Of a stretch of DNA of 64,000 nt, positions 48,101 through 58,403 are shown in pieces. The notes below the pieces were generated by a model that was given only the letters and a program-made list of their open reading frames with translations, was not told the origin of the DNA and made no database searches. Position 1 is the stretch's first letter. Every line of letters begins with the position of its first letter. Source of the stretch: Staphylococcus phage vB_SscM-1; sequence record NC_047767.1; one strand, 5' to 3'. The position numbers and the translations under genes were made by a program.

Positions 48101-48715
48101 ACTAATATTGCAGAAATAGAATTCAGAGGTAAAGGTAAGGTAGATAATCTCAAATTGCAATACACTAGATATCCTATACCTAGTTCATGGAATACTCTAT
48201 ATGAAGCTGATACTATAGAACCTAACCCAGATTCATTTAGTTTAAAATATGATAATGAGTTAAGAGACTTATACGGATTAGAACTTATAGATTACTCTAG
48301 ATTAAATGCCTTTTCACTTGTCAAATTACAATCTTTATGGGATACTACTATAGAGGAAATAACAAGCTCTACAGGTACATTTACAGATATGCCGGATAGC
48401 TATTTTAATGCTACATGGCAATATATAGATAGACTAGATGAAATTACTATAGGTAGTATGAGTATTCTTGATGACATAGCAGGAGGAATGATAGATAACT
48501 CTATACAGACTGTAACTGTAAGAAGAAAACCTACTATAAGTCAATATACAGATACAGATAATAATTCCGTAGCAGAACCTCAGTATACAGAGGACATAAC
48601 AATGGGTTCCCCTAGAAGGATTAATGAATTAAGTGAAGTAACTATGATAGATGAGACAATTAATATAGATAGAAGAATAAAAGTTATAGATACCTATACA
48701 GAGCAAAAAACATAA
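45188..48715 (+). CDS. large tail/baseplate structural protein (putative adsorption-associated)
   Basis: 1175 aa with a GTG start after aaggagg. Confidence 0.45.
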   Translation: MSNFLKNLHPLLRRKKNPKDNEDVNYALIKVLNEEMNLIEQDAIESKLQSSLKSSTGTYLDNFGDWFGVYRKKDEDDEKYRARIIKYLLLKRGTNNAIIEAIKDYLEDSNVDVSIYEPFRNIFYTNKSHLNGHDHLMGYYYNFAIINVSIGSYFPMEIVDVINEFKPAGVKFYVTYDGGGTNTGNSVIKVLDEPVSIDVYQNIDRLSGYSETFYGHINMGLRKVSYDSKTDIFKTNNSKINSNDVLTGSSSIGRAFHNYAYKTNFVYNPTRTSTVSEIQKVLDEKGRELPLEYYINTTEKNRASVYLDIESTTGTSFIYNNLNLREYFSQYKPELLQGDTQDIKNAISSYVGVATFDLFMEALISPDDVVSTQTQVFDFSIGKWVTINSSEITYGMKNVGAELGYIKDYMNNELNMFTRVSIASSSDVTVNINYLDLLFYHYTPDVYTVKPYKGLIEYYIELDRLSYVDAFKVASLNNGDIISKVGYEPMGYVRVVGESNEPKNIIHINDTAEPPIPVYEFQIITDENDVFNYRDTKYLIEFDIAGEDASFVKDLYVYPAFILEDFSDYSIINSTGAKVSITNTKGRAIVEVPSYVDFEKYTKMFIQLSTYNYQEREDLKPGEVIYAEPYKISFNNITVQDIYESTDQAPDPTTRINNAFVDNRTIDGTPGRGNSGQDGNILHNEAYTLKTPGVYNPKEYKILDNITFRKPIETGKTYTVQIKGKLGSDRTGWGVYNSSGYMNELYGNGSGTINENDYNPKTGIYTKTFVAPEPDPTTGNHRERLNTDIEIYQFPKSGTSQSTIEWIKIEEGSQATKAGYQFAYYTMAYLPKGEYDIYYKAKVEVQEGELDMVTILDFPNTITNTDPKFFVPIENGYVKGKISVNRTDTEGRLLIYAGLAGATAGNKIRFSELEVYYSTDPVGYVENEIILKDSSGNILPTEKVYTEYTTPNSVYNGQKTYNYSVMLHGSYTNIAEIEFRGKGKVDNLKLQYTRYPIPSSWNTLYEADTIEPNPDSFSLKYDNELRDLYGLELIDYSRLNAFSLVKLQSLWDTTIEEITSSTGTFTDMPDSYFNATWQYIDRLDEITIGSMSILDDIAGGMIDNSIQTVTVRRKPTISQYTDTDNNSVAEPQYTEDITMGSPRRINELSEVTMIDETINIDRRIKVIDTYTEQKT

Positions 48716-48751
48716 TATTTATAATACAGGTATGTAAACTTTAAAAATATT

Positions 48752-48816
48752 CAGGTATATAGTTGACACATAAGTATAATTGTGTTATAATATATGTATG
48801 CTTAACTATATACCTG
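48752..48816. repeat. 11-bp perfect inverted repeat (caggtatatag / ctatatacctg) bracketing a promoter
   Basis: Arms at 48752..48762 and 48806..48816. Confidence 0.5.
48763..48791 (+). promoter_or_regulatory. sigma-A consensus promoter TTGACA-N17-TATAAT
   Basis: -35 at 48763..48768 and -10 at 48786..48791. Confidence 0.55.
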
Positions 48817-48874
48817 TTATATTAATTACGAGCATAAAAACAAACAAAATAGTTTATGAAAGGAATTAATAACT

Positions 48875-49396
48875 ATGGCAATAGCAACTTATAATTCAAG
48901 TGTAGAATTAGCTAAATATTTAGTTAGTAAAGCAGATTCTACATATCTAACGATTGGTAAAACAACTCCGTGGTCAAATGAAACAAAACCACCACAACCA
49001 GATGAAAACACAACAGCACTACAAGAGGTAATAGGGTATAAAAAGGCAACTAAAGTAACACTTGTAAGACCTTTTCAGACTCCTCAAGATGATGGAAAAG
49101 ATACAATTTCTTATGGAAATACAGAATGGGTTATTGTACCTACAGAGAAAGCAACAGAAGAGGGAGCTAAGTGGCTCTATTTAGAAAGTGAAGTTGTTGG
49201 AGATGAGTTACCTTTAGGAACTTATAGACAAGTAGGATTTGTAATTGACCTTGTACCAAAAACAGGTATTAATAAGTTTAACTTACTTCCTAGTGAAGTA
49301 CAGAACACAGGAACATTAATGTTCTTTGATAACAAACAGTTCCAAAATAGAACAGAGCAAGTAACATCAAAAGAGAGAATGGTTATTCAGATTTAA
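48875..49396 (+). CDS. virion structural protein
   Basis: 173-aa ORF with RBS aaaggaatt. Confidence 0.4.
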   Translation: MAIATYNSSVELAKYLVSKADSTYLTIGKTTPWSNETKPPQPDENTTALQEVIGYKKATKVTLVRPFQTPQDDGKDTISYGNTEWVIVPTEKATEEGAKWLYLESEVVGDELPLGTYRQVGFVIDLVPKTGINKFNLLPSEVQNTGTLMFFDNKQFQNRTEQVTSKERMVIQI

Positions 49397-49413
49397 GAAA
49401 GGGAGATTAATTG

Positions 49414-52400
49414 ATGGCATATAATTTTAGTTCAACACCATATTTAGATAGGTTTAATCCAGCTAAACACCATACAAGAGTATTGTTTAACCCAGATAGA
49501 CCTTTACAACAGTCTGAACTTAATGAAATGCAATCTATACAAACCTATTACCTTAAAAATTTAGGAGACTCTATTTTTAAAGACGGAGATAAACAATCAG
49601 GCTTAGATTTTACCTTAGATACAAACAAGGTACTGAAAGTAAATCCAGGGTATGTATATATTGATGGTAAATTAAGATACTACAATAGTGAGTCTACAGT
49701 AAGACTTACAGGAGTAGGAAGAGAAACAGTTGGAATTAAGATAGAAGAAAGAATTGTAACACCTGATGAGGATAGTTCATTATTAGACCAAACAAGTGGA
49801 GTACCTAGTCATTTTTCTAAAGGTGCAGACCGTTTAGAAGAGAAAATGACTCTAACATTAAATGACCCTACCTCAGCTACAATTTATACATTCCAAGATG
49901 GGGATTTATATATTAAAGCTACAAGTCCAGAGATGGATAGAATTAATAAGGTACTAGCAGAACGTACTTACGATGAGTCAGGTTCATATAAAGTAAGTGG
50001 ATTTGAATTATTCTCAGAGGGTAATGCTGTAGATGAAGACCATATATCACTTGTAGTAGATGCAGGGAAAGCATACGTATTAGGTTATAGTGTTAATAAA
50101 CCTGTATCAACAAGAATTAATGTACCTAAATCATATGAACTAGGTACATCTGAGAACGAAAGTACAATATTTAATACCTCTACAGGTTCTATTAGCTTAG
50201 CTAACTCACCTGTAAAAGATATTAATAGAGTTACAGCTCAAGTATTAGTAGATAAAGAGAGAGTAACAAGAGGAGCTATTGGAGATGGTCAAGACTACCT
50301 CTCTAACAACACAGCCTTTGAAGTTGTAAAAGTATGGACTGAAACAAGCCCAGGACAAACAACTAAGGAATACAAACAAGGTGAAGATTTTAGATTAATA
50401 GACGGACAAGCAATTGATTGGTCACCTTCTGGTCAAGAACCAAGTGGAGGTACAAGTTATTATGTATCTTATAAATACAATAAACGTATGACAAAAGATG
50501 TAGACTATACAGTTACTACTACAGGTGAAGGTGTAGGTAAGAAATGGTACTTAAACTTTACACCATCTGGAGGAGCTAAACCGATTGACCAAACAGTTGT
50601 ATTGGTAGACTATACTTACTATTTAGCTCGTAAAGATGCTGTAGTACTAGACAAAGAAGGTAACATAACTGTAATAGCAGGACAACCAAATATTTTAAGA
50701 CTTGTTTCACAACCTATAAGAATTGACCCTAATACATTACAGTTAGGAACAATTACAGTTCTCCCAGATTCAGAAGATGCAGAGTGTTTAACTTATGCAG
50801 TAACTAGACTATCTATGGAAGACTTACAGAAGGTTAAAAAACGTGTAGATGATTTAGAAATAAATCAAGCTATAAACGCTTTAGATGATGGAGCTATGGA
50901 AGGTCAAAACCCTCTAACACTACGTTCAGTATTTAGTGAAGGTTTCATTAGTTTAGATAAGGCAGATATTACTCATCCAGACTTTGGGGTAGTATTTAGT
51001 TTTGAGGATGCAGAAGCAACACTAGCTTATACAGAACAAGTAAATGCACCTGATATTATAGAAGGGGTATCTACAGCTCACGTATGGGGTAGATTAGTCT
51101 CAGCACCATTCACAGAAGAGAGAACAATCTATCAAGGACAAGCTTCTGAAACGATGAATGTTAATCCTTATAATATACCTAATAAACAAGGGGTATTAAA
51201 ATTAACACCAAGTGAAGATAACTGGATAGAAACAGAAAATGTAACTATCACAGAACAAAAAACTAAGAAGATTACTATGAACAGATTCTGGAGACATGGT
51301 GCTTCTCACTATAACGAAACAGAACACTATTTATACTCTAACTTACAATTAGATGCAGGTCAAGTATGGGAAGGTAAGTCATACTCTTATGATAAAACTC
51401 ATGGGCGTACAGGTACGCTTCTAGAGTCTGGAGGTCAACGTACTTTAGAGGAAATGATTGAGTTTATTAGACAAAGAGATGTTAAGTTTACTGTAAAAGG
51501 ATTACATCCTAATGACAATAACCTAGTATTACTCTTCGATGGTGTTAGATGTGCTATAACACCTGATACAGGATATAGAAAAGGCTCAGAAGATGGAAGC
51601 ATTATGACAGATGCTAAAGGGGTAGCAAAAGGTACATTCAGAATACCTCCAGGTATCCGTTGCGGTAACAGAGAAGTAACACTTAAGAACGTAGATTCTA
51701 CAAGTTCTACAACTTACTCAGCACATGGTCGTAAGAAAATAACACAGGATATTATTCTTAGAACAAGAGTTACAGTTAACTTGGTAGACCCATTAGCACA
51801 GTCATTCCAGTACGATGAAAACAGAACTATTTCATCTGTAGGATTATACTTTGCTAGTAAAGGTGATGCAAGTTCTAACGTACTAGTACAGATTCGTGGA
51901 ATGGGTGACCAAGGTTTCCCTAATAAAACAATCTATGCAGAAACGGTTATGAACGCAAGTGATATTAAAGTATCTAACAATGCTAGTGCAGAAACAAGAG
52001 TATACTTTGAAGACCCTATGATGGCAGAAGCAGGTAAGGAATATGCTATTGTTATCATTACAGAGTCGGATGCTTATACAATGTGGTTAGGTACTAGAAC
52101 TAAACCGAAGATTGATAAGCCTAATGAAATCATCTCAGGTAACCCTTACGTTCAAGGTGTTCTATTCAGTTCATCTAACGCATCTACATGGACTCCTCAC
52201 CAAAACTCCGACCTTAAATTTGGGGTGTATACTTCTAAATTTGATGAGACAGCTACAATAGAGTTTGATTCTATTAAAAGCGTAGAAGCAGACAGAATCG
52301 TATTAATGTCTACTTACTTGACTCCTGATAATACAGGGTGTAGCTGGGAGATTAAGATTATCTTTGACGACATGGATGAGAATGTAACATTTGACTCTAT

Positions 52401-52872
52401 TGAATGGCAACCAATTGGTAATTATCAAGATACAGAGCTTTTAGGACTAGCAAGAGAAGTTAAACTTAAAGCTACATTTAAGTCTAACAGATATATCTCA
52501 CCATTAATGAGTGTTAGTGATTTAACGTTTACTACATTCTTAACAGAGCTAAAAGGTTCTTATGTAGGAAGAGCTATTGATATGTCAGAAGCTCCTTATA
52601 ACACAATCAGATTTAGTTATGAAGCATTCCTTCCTAAAGGTACTAAAGTAGTACCTAGATATTCTGATGACGATGGTAAAACATGGAAAACATTTACTAA
52701 AGCACCTACTATTAAGAGAACAAATAACGAGTTCTCTCAATATGTAATAGATGAAAAAGTAAAATCATCAGGTAAAAATACGAAGCTCCAAGTAAGACTA
52801 GATTTATCTACTGAGAATAGCTTCTTAAGACCAAGAGTAAGAAGACTAATGGTCACAACTCGTGATGAGTAA
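49414..52872 (+). CDS. large tail fibre / receptor-binding-like structural protein
   Basis: About 1152 aa. The track starts at the TTG at 49411, but the ATG at 49414 is more likely. Followed by a strong terminator. Confidence 0.45.
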   Translation: MAYNFSSTPYLDRFNPAKHHTRVLFNPDRPLQQSELNEMQSIQTYYLKNLGDSIFKDGDKQSGLDFTLDTNKVLKVNPGYVYIDGKLRYYNSESTVRLTGVGRETVGIKIEERIVTPDEDSSLLDQTSGVPSHFSKGADRLEEKMTLTLNDPTSATIYTFQDGDLYIKATSPEMDRINKVLAERTYDESGSYKVSGFELFSEGNAVDEDHISLVVDAGKAYVLGYSVNKPVSTRINVPKSYELGTSENESTIFNTSTGSISLANSPVKDINRVTAQVLVDKERVTRGAIGDGQDYLSNNTAFEVVKVWTETSPGQTTKEYKQGEDFRLIDGQAIDWSPSGQEPSGGTSYYVSYKYNKRMTKDVDYTVTTTGEGVGKKWYLNFTPSGGAKPIDQTVVLVDYTYYLARKDAVVLDKEGNITVIAGQPNILRLVSQPIRIDPNTLQLGTITVLPDSEDAECLTYAVTRLSMEDLQKVKKRVDDLEINQAINALDDGAMEGQNPLTLRSVFSEGFISLDKADITHPDFGVVFSFEDAEATLAYTEQVNAPDIIEGVSTAHVWGRLVSAPFTEERTIYQGQASETMNVNPYNIPNKQGVLKLTPSEDNWIETENVTITEQKTKKITMNRFWRHGASHYNETEHYLYSNLQLDAGQVWEGKSYSYDKTHGRTGTLLESGGQRTLEEMIEFIRQRDVKFTVKGLHPNDNNLVLLFDGVRCAITPDTGYRKGSEDGSIMTDAKGVAKGTFRIPPGIRCGNREVTLKNVDSTSSTTYSAHGRKKITQDIILRTRVTVNLVDPLAQSFQYDENRTISSVGLYFASKGDASSNVLVQIRGMGDQGFPNKTIYAETVMNASDIKVSNNASAETRVYFEDPMMAEAGKEYAIVIITESDAYTMWLGTRTKPKIDKPNEIISGNPYVQGVLFSSSNASTWTPHQNSDLKFGVYTSKFDETATIEFDSIKSVEADRIVLMSTYLTPDNTGCSWEIKIIFDDMDENVTFDSIEWQPIGNYQDTELLGLAREVKLKATFKSNRYISPLMSVSDLTFTTFLTELKGSYVGRAIDMSEAPYNTIRFSYEAFLPKGTKVVPRYSDDDGKTWKTFTKAPTIKRTNNEFSQYVIDEKVKSSGKNTKLQVRLDLSTENSFLRPRVRRLMVTTRDE

Positions 52873-52875
52873 ATT

Positions 52876-52898
52876 GAGGGGCTTTGCCCCTCTTTTTT
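52876..52898 (+). terminator. rho-independent terminator
   Basis: gaggggc ttt gcccctc followed by T6. Confidence 0.6.
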
Positions 52899-52925
52899 CT
52901 ACATAATAAAAAAAGGAGAGGTAAT

Positions 52926-53087
52926 ATGCCACAAGAATATAGAGACCCTTATTCAAAAGCTAAGTTGTTTATACCTACTCAACAAGAGAAGACAATTTCT
53001 CAAATGGAGGAAGAATTAAGGGATAAGCTATCCCAAGTTGATGAAGTATTAGCAAGATTGAATAAAGCAGAGAAAGGAAATAAATAA
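52926..53087 (+). CDS. hypothetical small protein
   Basis: ATG at 52926 with RBS aaaaaggagaggtaat. The track start at 52884 would overlap the terminator. Confidence 0.4.
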   Translation: MPQEYRDPYSKAKLFIPTQQEKTISQMEEELRDKLSQVDEVLARLNKAEKGNK

Positions 53088-53088
53088 T

Positions 53089-54819
53089 ATGAGTTTTTCA
53101 TTTGTAAGCATAAAAGAAACTGATAGACTTAAAGATGTATACCCCAAGATAAATGCAATAGGGGAAGAGTTAAGTAAACCTAACAGTATTTATAAACAAT
53201 TAAATGATTTAAAAACTACTGTATCCAAGTATCAAACGTACAAGTTGACAACAGATACAGGACAATATACAAGTGGTCAAGTTATTAATTTAGATACAGT
53301 ACAGGGTTCTAAGACAGTATATGGTACAATCACTAATCCACCTAAAGGACTTTCAGGAGAAGGGTGGATAAGTTATAAAGAGTCAGAAGGTTCTAATACC
53401 ACTCTTGTAAACTTTTACCCGATAGATAGTGATAGTATATATACTAAAGTACGTAAATTACCTAAGCAAACACAAAACCCTAACTTATTACATGATACAA
53501 CATTCTCAGGATTACCTATGTATGGTTCTTACACATTACCCGAAGGTGTATGGTGGGATACTAATGGGGATAGAACTACAGTTAACTACCCAGACCCTAC
53601 CGTTAAATATCAAGGTATTAATACAGTAAGATTACAAGATACATCTACAACTTACCCTATGTTAAGACATAAAGGTTTAGAGGTAGGTAAAGATGTAAAT
53701 ATAGGAGATAAAGTAACACTTAGTGTGTATGTTTATACACCGGATAAGTCATTATTTAATGGGAATAACGCCTATATTACAATAACAGGATATCCCGGTG
53801 AAATAGGTTCTAGTAACACTAGCTTAGCTACAACTACTGTATATGAAAGTGATTTGGAAAATAGCCAATGGAAAAAACTAACATGTACAGCTACAGTTCC
53901 AAGTACAGTAGGGGGTTCACCTATACAATATGTTAGTGCCATGTTAAGACTAAGCTTAACTAAAGGTGGTTTTGATAATGGACTTAAAGTTTATTATGCA
54001 CTACCTAAGTTAGAAAAGGGCACGGTAGCAACACCTTATGTATCACACCCGGACGATAAGATACAGTTTAATGAGCTATGGTCAGAGTGGTCGGAACAAA
54101 AGAGTAAGTTACAATCAACTAATGATAGTGTTACGGATATACATTATGATAACTACTTTAAGTATGCATGGTGGAGAGATAAAGTAGGTACTAGAACCTT
54201 ACAAGATTTAGCCTATGAATTACCACAAGGGTTCCATACATTCTATGCACAAAGAGGTATACCAGGAATATTACCGGATGCTAGTATTAGAGGTATGATT
54301 AATGTAGACTATGATGAAGGGCATATAGATTCTAAGTATAAATTCGTTCAAATGTATTATATGGATTATTTTGGTAACTTCTATACTCAATATTACGATG
54401 CTAATAAAGGTTGGTATGAACCTATAAAAAGTATTGGTTCAAAAGAACTTTGGACTGGTACACAAGACATCGGTAGTAACCTTAACTATATATTTAATTT
54501 ACAAGATAATATAAATAATTACGATTATATAGAGATTGAATATTATACAAATAGTTCAAGCAGATTTACCGAAACTAGAAAGTTAAAAGTTTTAAGTAAT
54601 TCTGCATTAGCTATTACAACTACTAGAATGGATGCTCATGACCCTACAGGTACATCTATAAGTACATGGCAAGCAGAGTTTTCCATAGATAATAACACTC
54701 AAATAACAGCTAAATATTGTAAACGTATACTTGTTAATGCTAGTGGTAATAGTTCTGTACTTGGTCAAAATACCTCAGGATTATTTACAATAAAACGTAT
54801 CGTAGGGATTAAGGAATAG
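53089..54819 (+). CDS. putative tail fibre protein
   Basis: 576 aa, S/T/G/Y-rich, in the distal tail region. Confidence 0.4.
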   Translation: MSFSFVSIKETDRLKDVYPKINAIGEELSKPNSIYKQLNDLKTTVSKYQTYKLTTDTGQYTSGQVINLDTVQGSKTVYGTITNPPKGLSGEGWISYKESEGSNTTLVNFYPIDSDSIYTKVRKLPKQTQNPNLLHDTTFSGLPMYGSYTLPEGVWWDTNGDRTTVNYPDPTVKYQGINTVRLQDTSTTYPMLRHKGLEVGKDVNIGDKVTLSVYVYTPDKSLFNGNNAYITITGYPGEIGSSNTSLATTTVYESDLENSQWKKLTCTATVPSTVGGSPIQYVSAMLRLSLTKGGFDNGLKVYYALPKLEKGTVATPYVSHPDDKIQFNELWSEWSEQKSKLQSTNDSVTDIHYDNYFKYAWWRDKVGTRTLQDLAYELPQGFHTFYAQRGIPGILPDASIRGMINVDYDEGHIDSKYKFVQMYYMDYFGNFYTQYYDANKGWYEPIKSIGSKELWTGTQDIGSNLNYIFNLQDNINNYDYIEIEYYTNSSSRFTETRKLKVLSNSALAITTTRMDAHDPTGTSISTWQAEFSIDNNTQITAKYCKRILVNASGNSSVLGQNTSGLFTIKRIVGIKE

Positions 54820-54831
54820 GAGGATAATAAA

Positions 54832-55179
54832 TTGAAATATATAAATGTAAAACAAGATGGTTACCTAGGTATAAACATTAATAATGATACTAGAGTAATA
54901 AATGGTTATGTGTTATCCGGTGGGGTAGGAGAGCAAGATATTATTATCCATGAGAGCGTATTACCTTATAATTTCTATGACGAGTTTATTGTAGGTAAAT
55001 TTAAGTATTATAGAGAGACGGGTGAAGTTATAGAGGACTATAACTTCGTACCTCCTAACTACGATATACAAGAACCTATACCGGAACAAGAAACAGTATC
55101 TAAAGAAGAATTTGATAGTTTAAAAAATGAATTAGATGAAATGAGAAAACTATTAGAGAAATTATTAGGAGGTAAATAA
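54832..55179 (+). CDS. hypothetical protein (putative fibre chaperone)
   Basis: 115 aa, between two fibre-like genes. Confidence 0.3.
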   Translation: MKYINVKQDGYLGININNDTRVINGYVLSGGVGEQDIIIHESVLPYNFYDEFIVGKFKYYRETGEVIEDYNFVPPNYDIQEPIPEQETVSKEEFDSLKNELDEMRKLLEKLLGGK

Positions 55180-55181
55180 TA

Positions 55182-56534
55182 ATGGCTCTTGACAACTTTA
55201 ATGAATTAACTAAAAATAATAATGTTAAAGACATGACAGATGCAATTAATAGTATAGGTTTGGAACTATCTAAACCTAGAAATGTATTTGAATTAGTATC
55301 TGATTTACAAGTACAAGTTAAAAATACACAACTAAAAGCTATTACTACAGATAAGGGATTAAGTAAAGTACCTACAGGAACAAGAATTTTAGATGTAAAA
55401 GAGGTAGGTGTTTACTACTATAGTGCTAGTACTTTAGCTACAAAGACAGATAAACCAGAGATGAACTCTCAAGATACTGTACTAGTTGTTACACCAACAA
55501 ATGATGCATCTGTAGTAGTACAGACTATATACCCTTTAACTGTAAGTGGTAATGCTATTCAACAAGCCTATAGGGTTGTTATAGGTAATACAGCAGGAGA
55601 TTGGGTTTATCTTAAAGGTTTAGTAGGAGGAAACACAAATTCTATAAGTGGAGTAAACCTAGATACTTTCTCTACCCCTGGAGAATATTTTATTTCCGGC
55701 TCAACAGGACTACCAGAAGGAGAGACAGAAGGACTACTAAAAGTATACAGAGGTACTAATAATAAAATTGTACAAGAATTCATATCTAGCTTAACAAAAA
55801 GTAAATATTTCAAAATAACAAGCATTTCAACAGGATGGATAAAAGAATTAGAACCTAAAACTTTAAGTAAATACACATTAGGTGGAATTAACGATGAAGG
55901 TCAAGGAACTTTTGGTTTACTAATATATATAAGTGATAACAAAACATTTCAACAAGCTATAACAGACCATATAGCAAAAACAGGACAACCTACATTTACA
56001 TTTTATGTACAAGGTGGTGTTACAGGAAACCCACTAGGGGGTTTAAGTGGTAGAGGTATATTTGTATGTGAGTCTACTAGTGAAAGTGCACTAAGTAATA
56101 ACTTATATGGTGTGTACCATGTAATATCTACACTAGGTACATTAATTACCGGTTCTGTTATTGGTGGAGACTGGCGTATACCTAAGGGTTCAGATTCTAC
56201 AACTACTTTATGGACTGGTGTTAAAGAGTTCACAAGTAAAACAACGGAAACTATGAACTATAGCTCTAATGACTTTGATTACTTTAAGGTATATGTTACT
56301 ATAGGAGGAACTAATAGTAACTCTATCTATAGACAAGGGTTTGAATTTGGTAAGCATAGTGCTAACAAATATAAGGTATCAAGTGTAAATGTACCTTCAA
56401 GTGGAACTACGTTAGAGTACTTTATGTGTTCAATATCATTTAATGGTAATAAATTTACAATTGATGAATATAATACTAAAACTAATGGTAAGTGTTACGT
56501 AACGGAGATAGTAGGTATAAAGAGACCTATTTAA
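55182..56534 (+). CDS. putative tail fibre / receptor-binding protein
   Basis: 450 aa, T/S/G-rich; last structural gene before a terminator. Confidence 0.4.
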   Translation: MALDNFNELTKNNNVKDMTDAINSIGLELSKPRNVFELVSDLQVQVKNTQLKAITTDKGLSKVPTGTRILDVKEVGVYYYSASTLATKTDKPEMNSQDTVLVVTPTNDASVVVQTIYPLTVSGNAIQQAYRVVIGNTAGDWVYLKGLVGGNTNSISGVNLDTFSTPGEYFISGSTGLPEGETEGLLKVYRGTNNKIVQEFISSLTKSKYFKITSISTGWIKELEPKTLSKYTLGGINDEGQGTFGLLIYISDNKTFQQAITDHIAKTGQPTFTFYVQGGVTGNPLGGLSGRGIFVCESTSESALSNNLYGVYHVISTLGTLITGSVIGGDWRIPKGSDSTTTLWTGVKEFTSKTTETMNYSSNDFDYFKVYVTIGGTNSNSIYRQGFEFGKHSANKYKVSSVNVPSSGTTLEYFMCSISFNGNKFTIDEYNTKTNGKCYVTEIVGIKRPI

Positions 56535-56542
56535 TTATTAAA

Positions 56543-56569
56543 GACTAGATTAATTTCTAGTCTTTTTTA
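56543..56569 (+). terminator. rho-independent terminator
   Basis: agactag attaatt ctagtct followed by T6. Confidence 0.55.
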
Positions 56570-56570
56570 T

Positions 56571-56599
56571 TTGACTTAAAAGGGTAAGTGTGGTATAAT
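56571..56599 (+). promoter_or_regulatory. sigma-A consensus promoter TTGACT-N17-TATAAT
   Basis: -35 at 56571..56576 and -10 at 56594..56599. Confidence 0.55.
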
Positions 56600-56632
56600 A
56601 TAAAGAGTGTAAGAAGGGATAAGGAGAATTAC

Positions 56633-58387
56633 ATGAAATTAATAGTAAAAAACTTATACACGTACGTAAATTTTGAAGAAGGTGATTATTATTTAAAGGA
56701 TGTATTCTTAAAACGAGTACATAAGACAATAGGAGCAAGGCAAGATGGCTTTCAGTTTAGTCCTGCGTATAAAAGAGGTAGTTGGGACGGTTATGTAGAC
56801 TTTTATGATTATGAGGAAAACAAATTTCCTACAGGACTATTACCAAAAGTAACTAACCTTTTGGGTGAACTACAAACTAGATATTCTTTTCAGTATGATA
56901 TAGAGTATCAGAGAGATGAGAGTTTCTTAGCTGAGGAAGATATAGATGAAGAGATAACTTTGTTAGACAATAATGTAGGTGAGATAACTTTAAGAGGTTA
57001 TCAGTATGAAGCTGTGTATAATAGTCTAACATACTATAATGGTATAGTCCACGTAGCCACAAATGGAGGAAAAACTGAAATGGCTAGTGGTATAATAGAC
57101 CAACTTCTTCCACAATTAAGAAAAGGAGAACGTATAGCATTCTTCACAGGTTCGTCAGAAATATTTCATCAGTCAGCAGATAGACTTAAAGAAAGACTAA
57201 ACATACCTATAGGTAAAGTAGGAGCAGGACAATTTGATGTTAAACAAGTAACAGTTGTTATGGTTCCTACAATGAATGCTAGTTTAAAAGACCCTGCACA
57301 GGGTGTTAAGGTCACACCTAAGCAGAACATTAGTAAAAAGATAGCAACAGAAATATTACCTAAGTTTGAAGGAGGAGGAAGTAATCAAAAGAAATTACTT
57401 TCAATGTTAATAAAAGGATTTCAACCTAAAACTAAGGTAGACCAAAACGTTAAAGATACACTTATAAAAGTATATGAACAGAGTAATAGTGACTCAGAAG
57501 TGCTAATGAATTTAAGAGCCTTTAATGCAGACTACCAAAGTATTATAAGAGAGAAGAATACAAGTAAGTATGATAAGTATAAGAGAATGAGAGAATTTTT
57601 AGATTCTGTAACAGTGATGATAGTTGATGAAGCCCACCATTCTAAATCAGATACGTGGTATTTAAATCTTATGACTTGTGAGAACGCATTATACAGAGTA
57701 GCATTAACAGGTTCTATTGATAAGAAAGATGAAATGCTTTGGATGAGATTACAAGCCTTGTTTGGTGATGTAATAGTTAGGACAACTAACTCTTACCTTA
57801 TAGACCAAGGACATTCTGCCAGACCTACTATAAATATGATACCTATAGCACAGCCAACAGATATAGAAGATGTTAAAGAATATAGGGAAGCATATGATAA
57901 AGGTATAACAAATAATAGTTTTAGAAATAAAGTTATTGCAAAACTAGCAGAAAGATGGTATAATAATGACAAGGGTGTTTTAATCATTGTAAACTTTATC
58001 CAACATGGTGAAAATATTTCTGAACTGCTAGATGATTTAGGTGTAGAGCATTACTTTTTACACGGAGAGATAGACTCTAACACAAGGAAAGAAAAGCTTA
58101 ACGACATGAGAAGTGGTAAGCTTAAAGTTATGATTGCAACATCACTTATTGATGAAGGTGTAGATATCTCTGGTATTAATGCACTTATACTAGGAGCAAG
58201 TGGTAAATCACTAAGACAAACACTTCAACGTATTGGTCGTGCTTTACGTAAGAAGAAAGATGATAATACAACACAGATATTCGATTTTAATGATATGACA
58301 CATAGGTTCTTATTAGGTCATGCAGGAGAAAGATTAAAGATATATGATGAAGAGGAATTTGAAGTAAAATATGTAGGGAAAAAATAA
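56633..58387 (+). CDS. SF2 (DEAD/DEAH-like) helicase
   Basis: Motifs ATNGGKTE (I), VDEAHH (II), LTGS (III), QRIGRALR (VI). ATG at 56633 with RBS aaggag; the GTG at 56588 lies inside the promoter. Confidence 0.7.
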   Translation: MKLIVKNLYTYVNFEEGDYYLKDVFLKRVHKTIGARQDGFQFSPAYKRGSWDGYVDFYDYEENKFPTGLLPKVTNLLGELQTRYSFQYDIEYQRDESFLAEEDIDEEITLLDNNVGEITLRGYQYEAVYNSLTYYNGIVHVATNGGKTEMASGIIDQLLPQLRKGERIAFFTGSSEIFHQSADRLKERLNIPIGKVGAGQFDVKQVTVVMVPTMNASLKDPAQGVKVTPKQNISKKIATEILPKFEGGGSNQKKLLSMLIKGFQPKTKVDQNVKDTLIKVYEQSNSDSEVLMNLRAFNADYQSIIREKNTSKYDKYKRMREFLDSVTVMIVDEAHHSKSDTWYLNLMTCENALYRVALTGSIDKKDEMLWMRLQALFGDVIVRTTNSYLIDQGHSARPTINMIPIAQPTDIEDVKEYREAYDKGITNNSFRNKVIAKLAERWYNNDKGVLIIVNFIQHGENISELLDDLGVEHYFLHGEIDSNTRKEKLNDMRSGKLKVMIATSLIDEGVDISGINALILGASGKSLRQTLQRIGRALRKKKDDNTTQIFDFNDMTHRFLLGHAGERLKIYDEEEFEVKYVGKK

Positions 58388-58403
58388 GAAAGGAGCTTAT
58401 AAA

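Noticed and set aside
52884-53087. The 67-aa ORF start at 52884.
   Set aside because: That start lies inside the terminator hairpin (gaggggctttgcccctc) and has no RBS. The internal ATG at 52926 is preceded by aaaaaggagagg, so I give the gene as 52926..53087.
56588-56632. The GTG start of the helicase ORF at 56588.
   Set aside because: It falls between the -35 and -10 of the consensus promoter. The ATG at 56633 with RBS aaggag is used instead.
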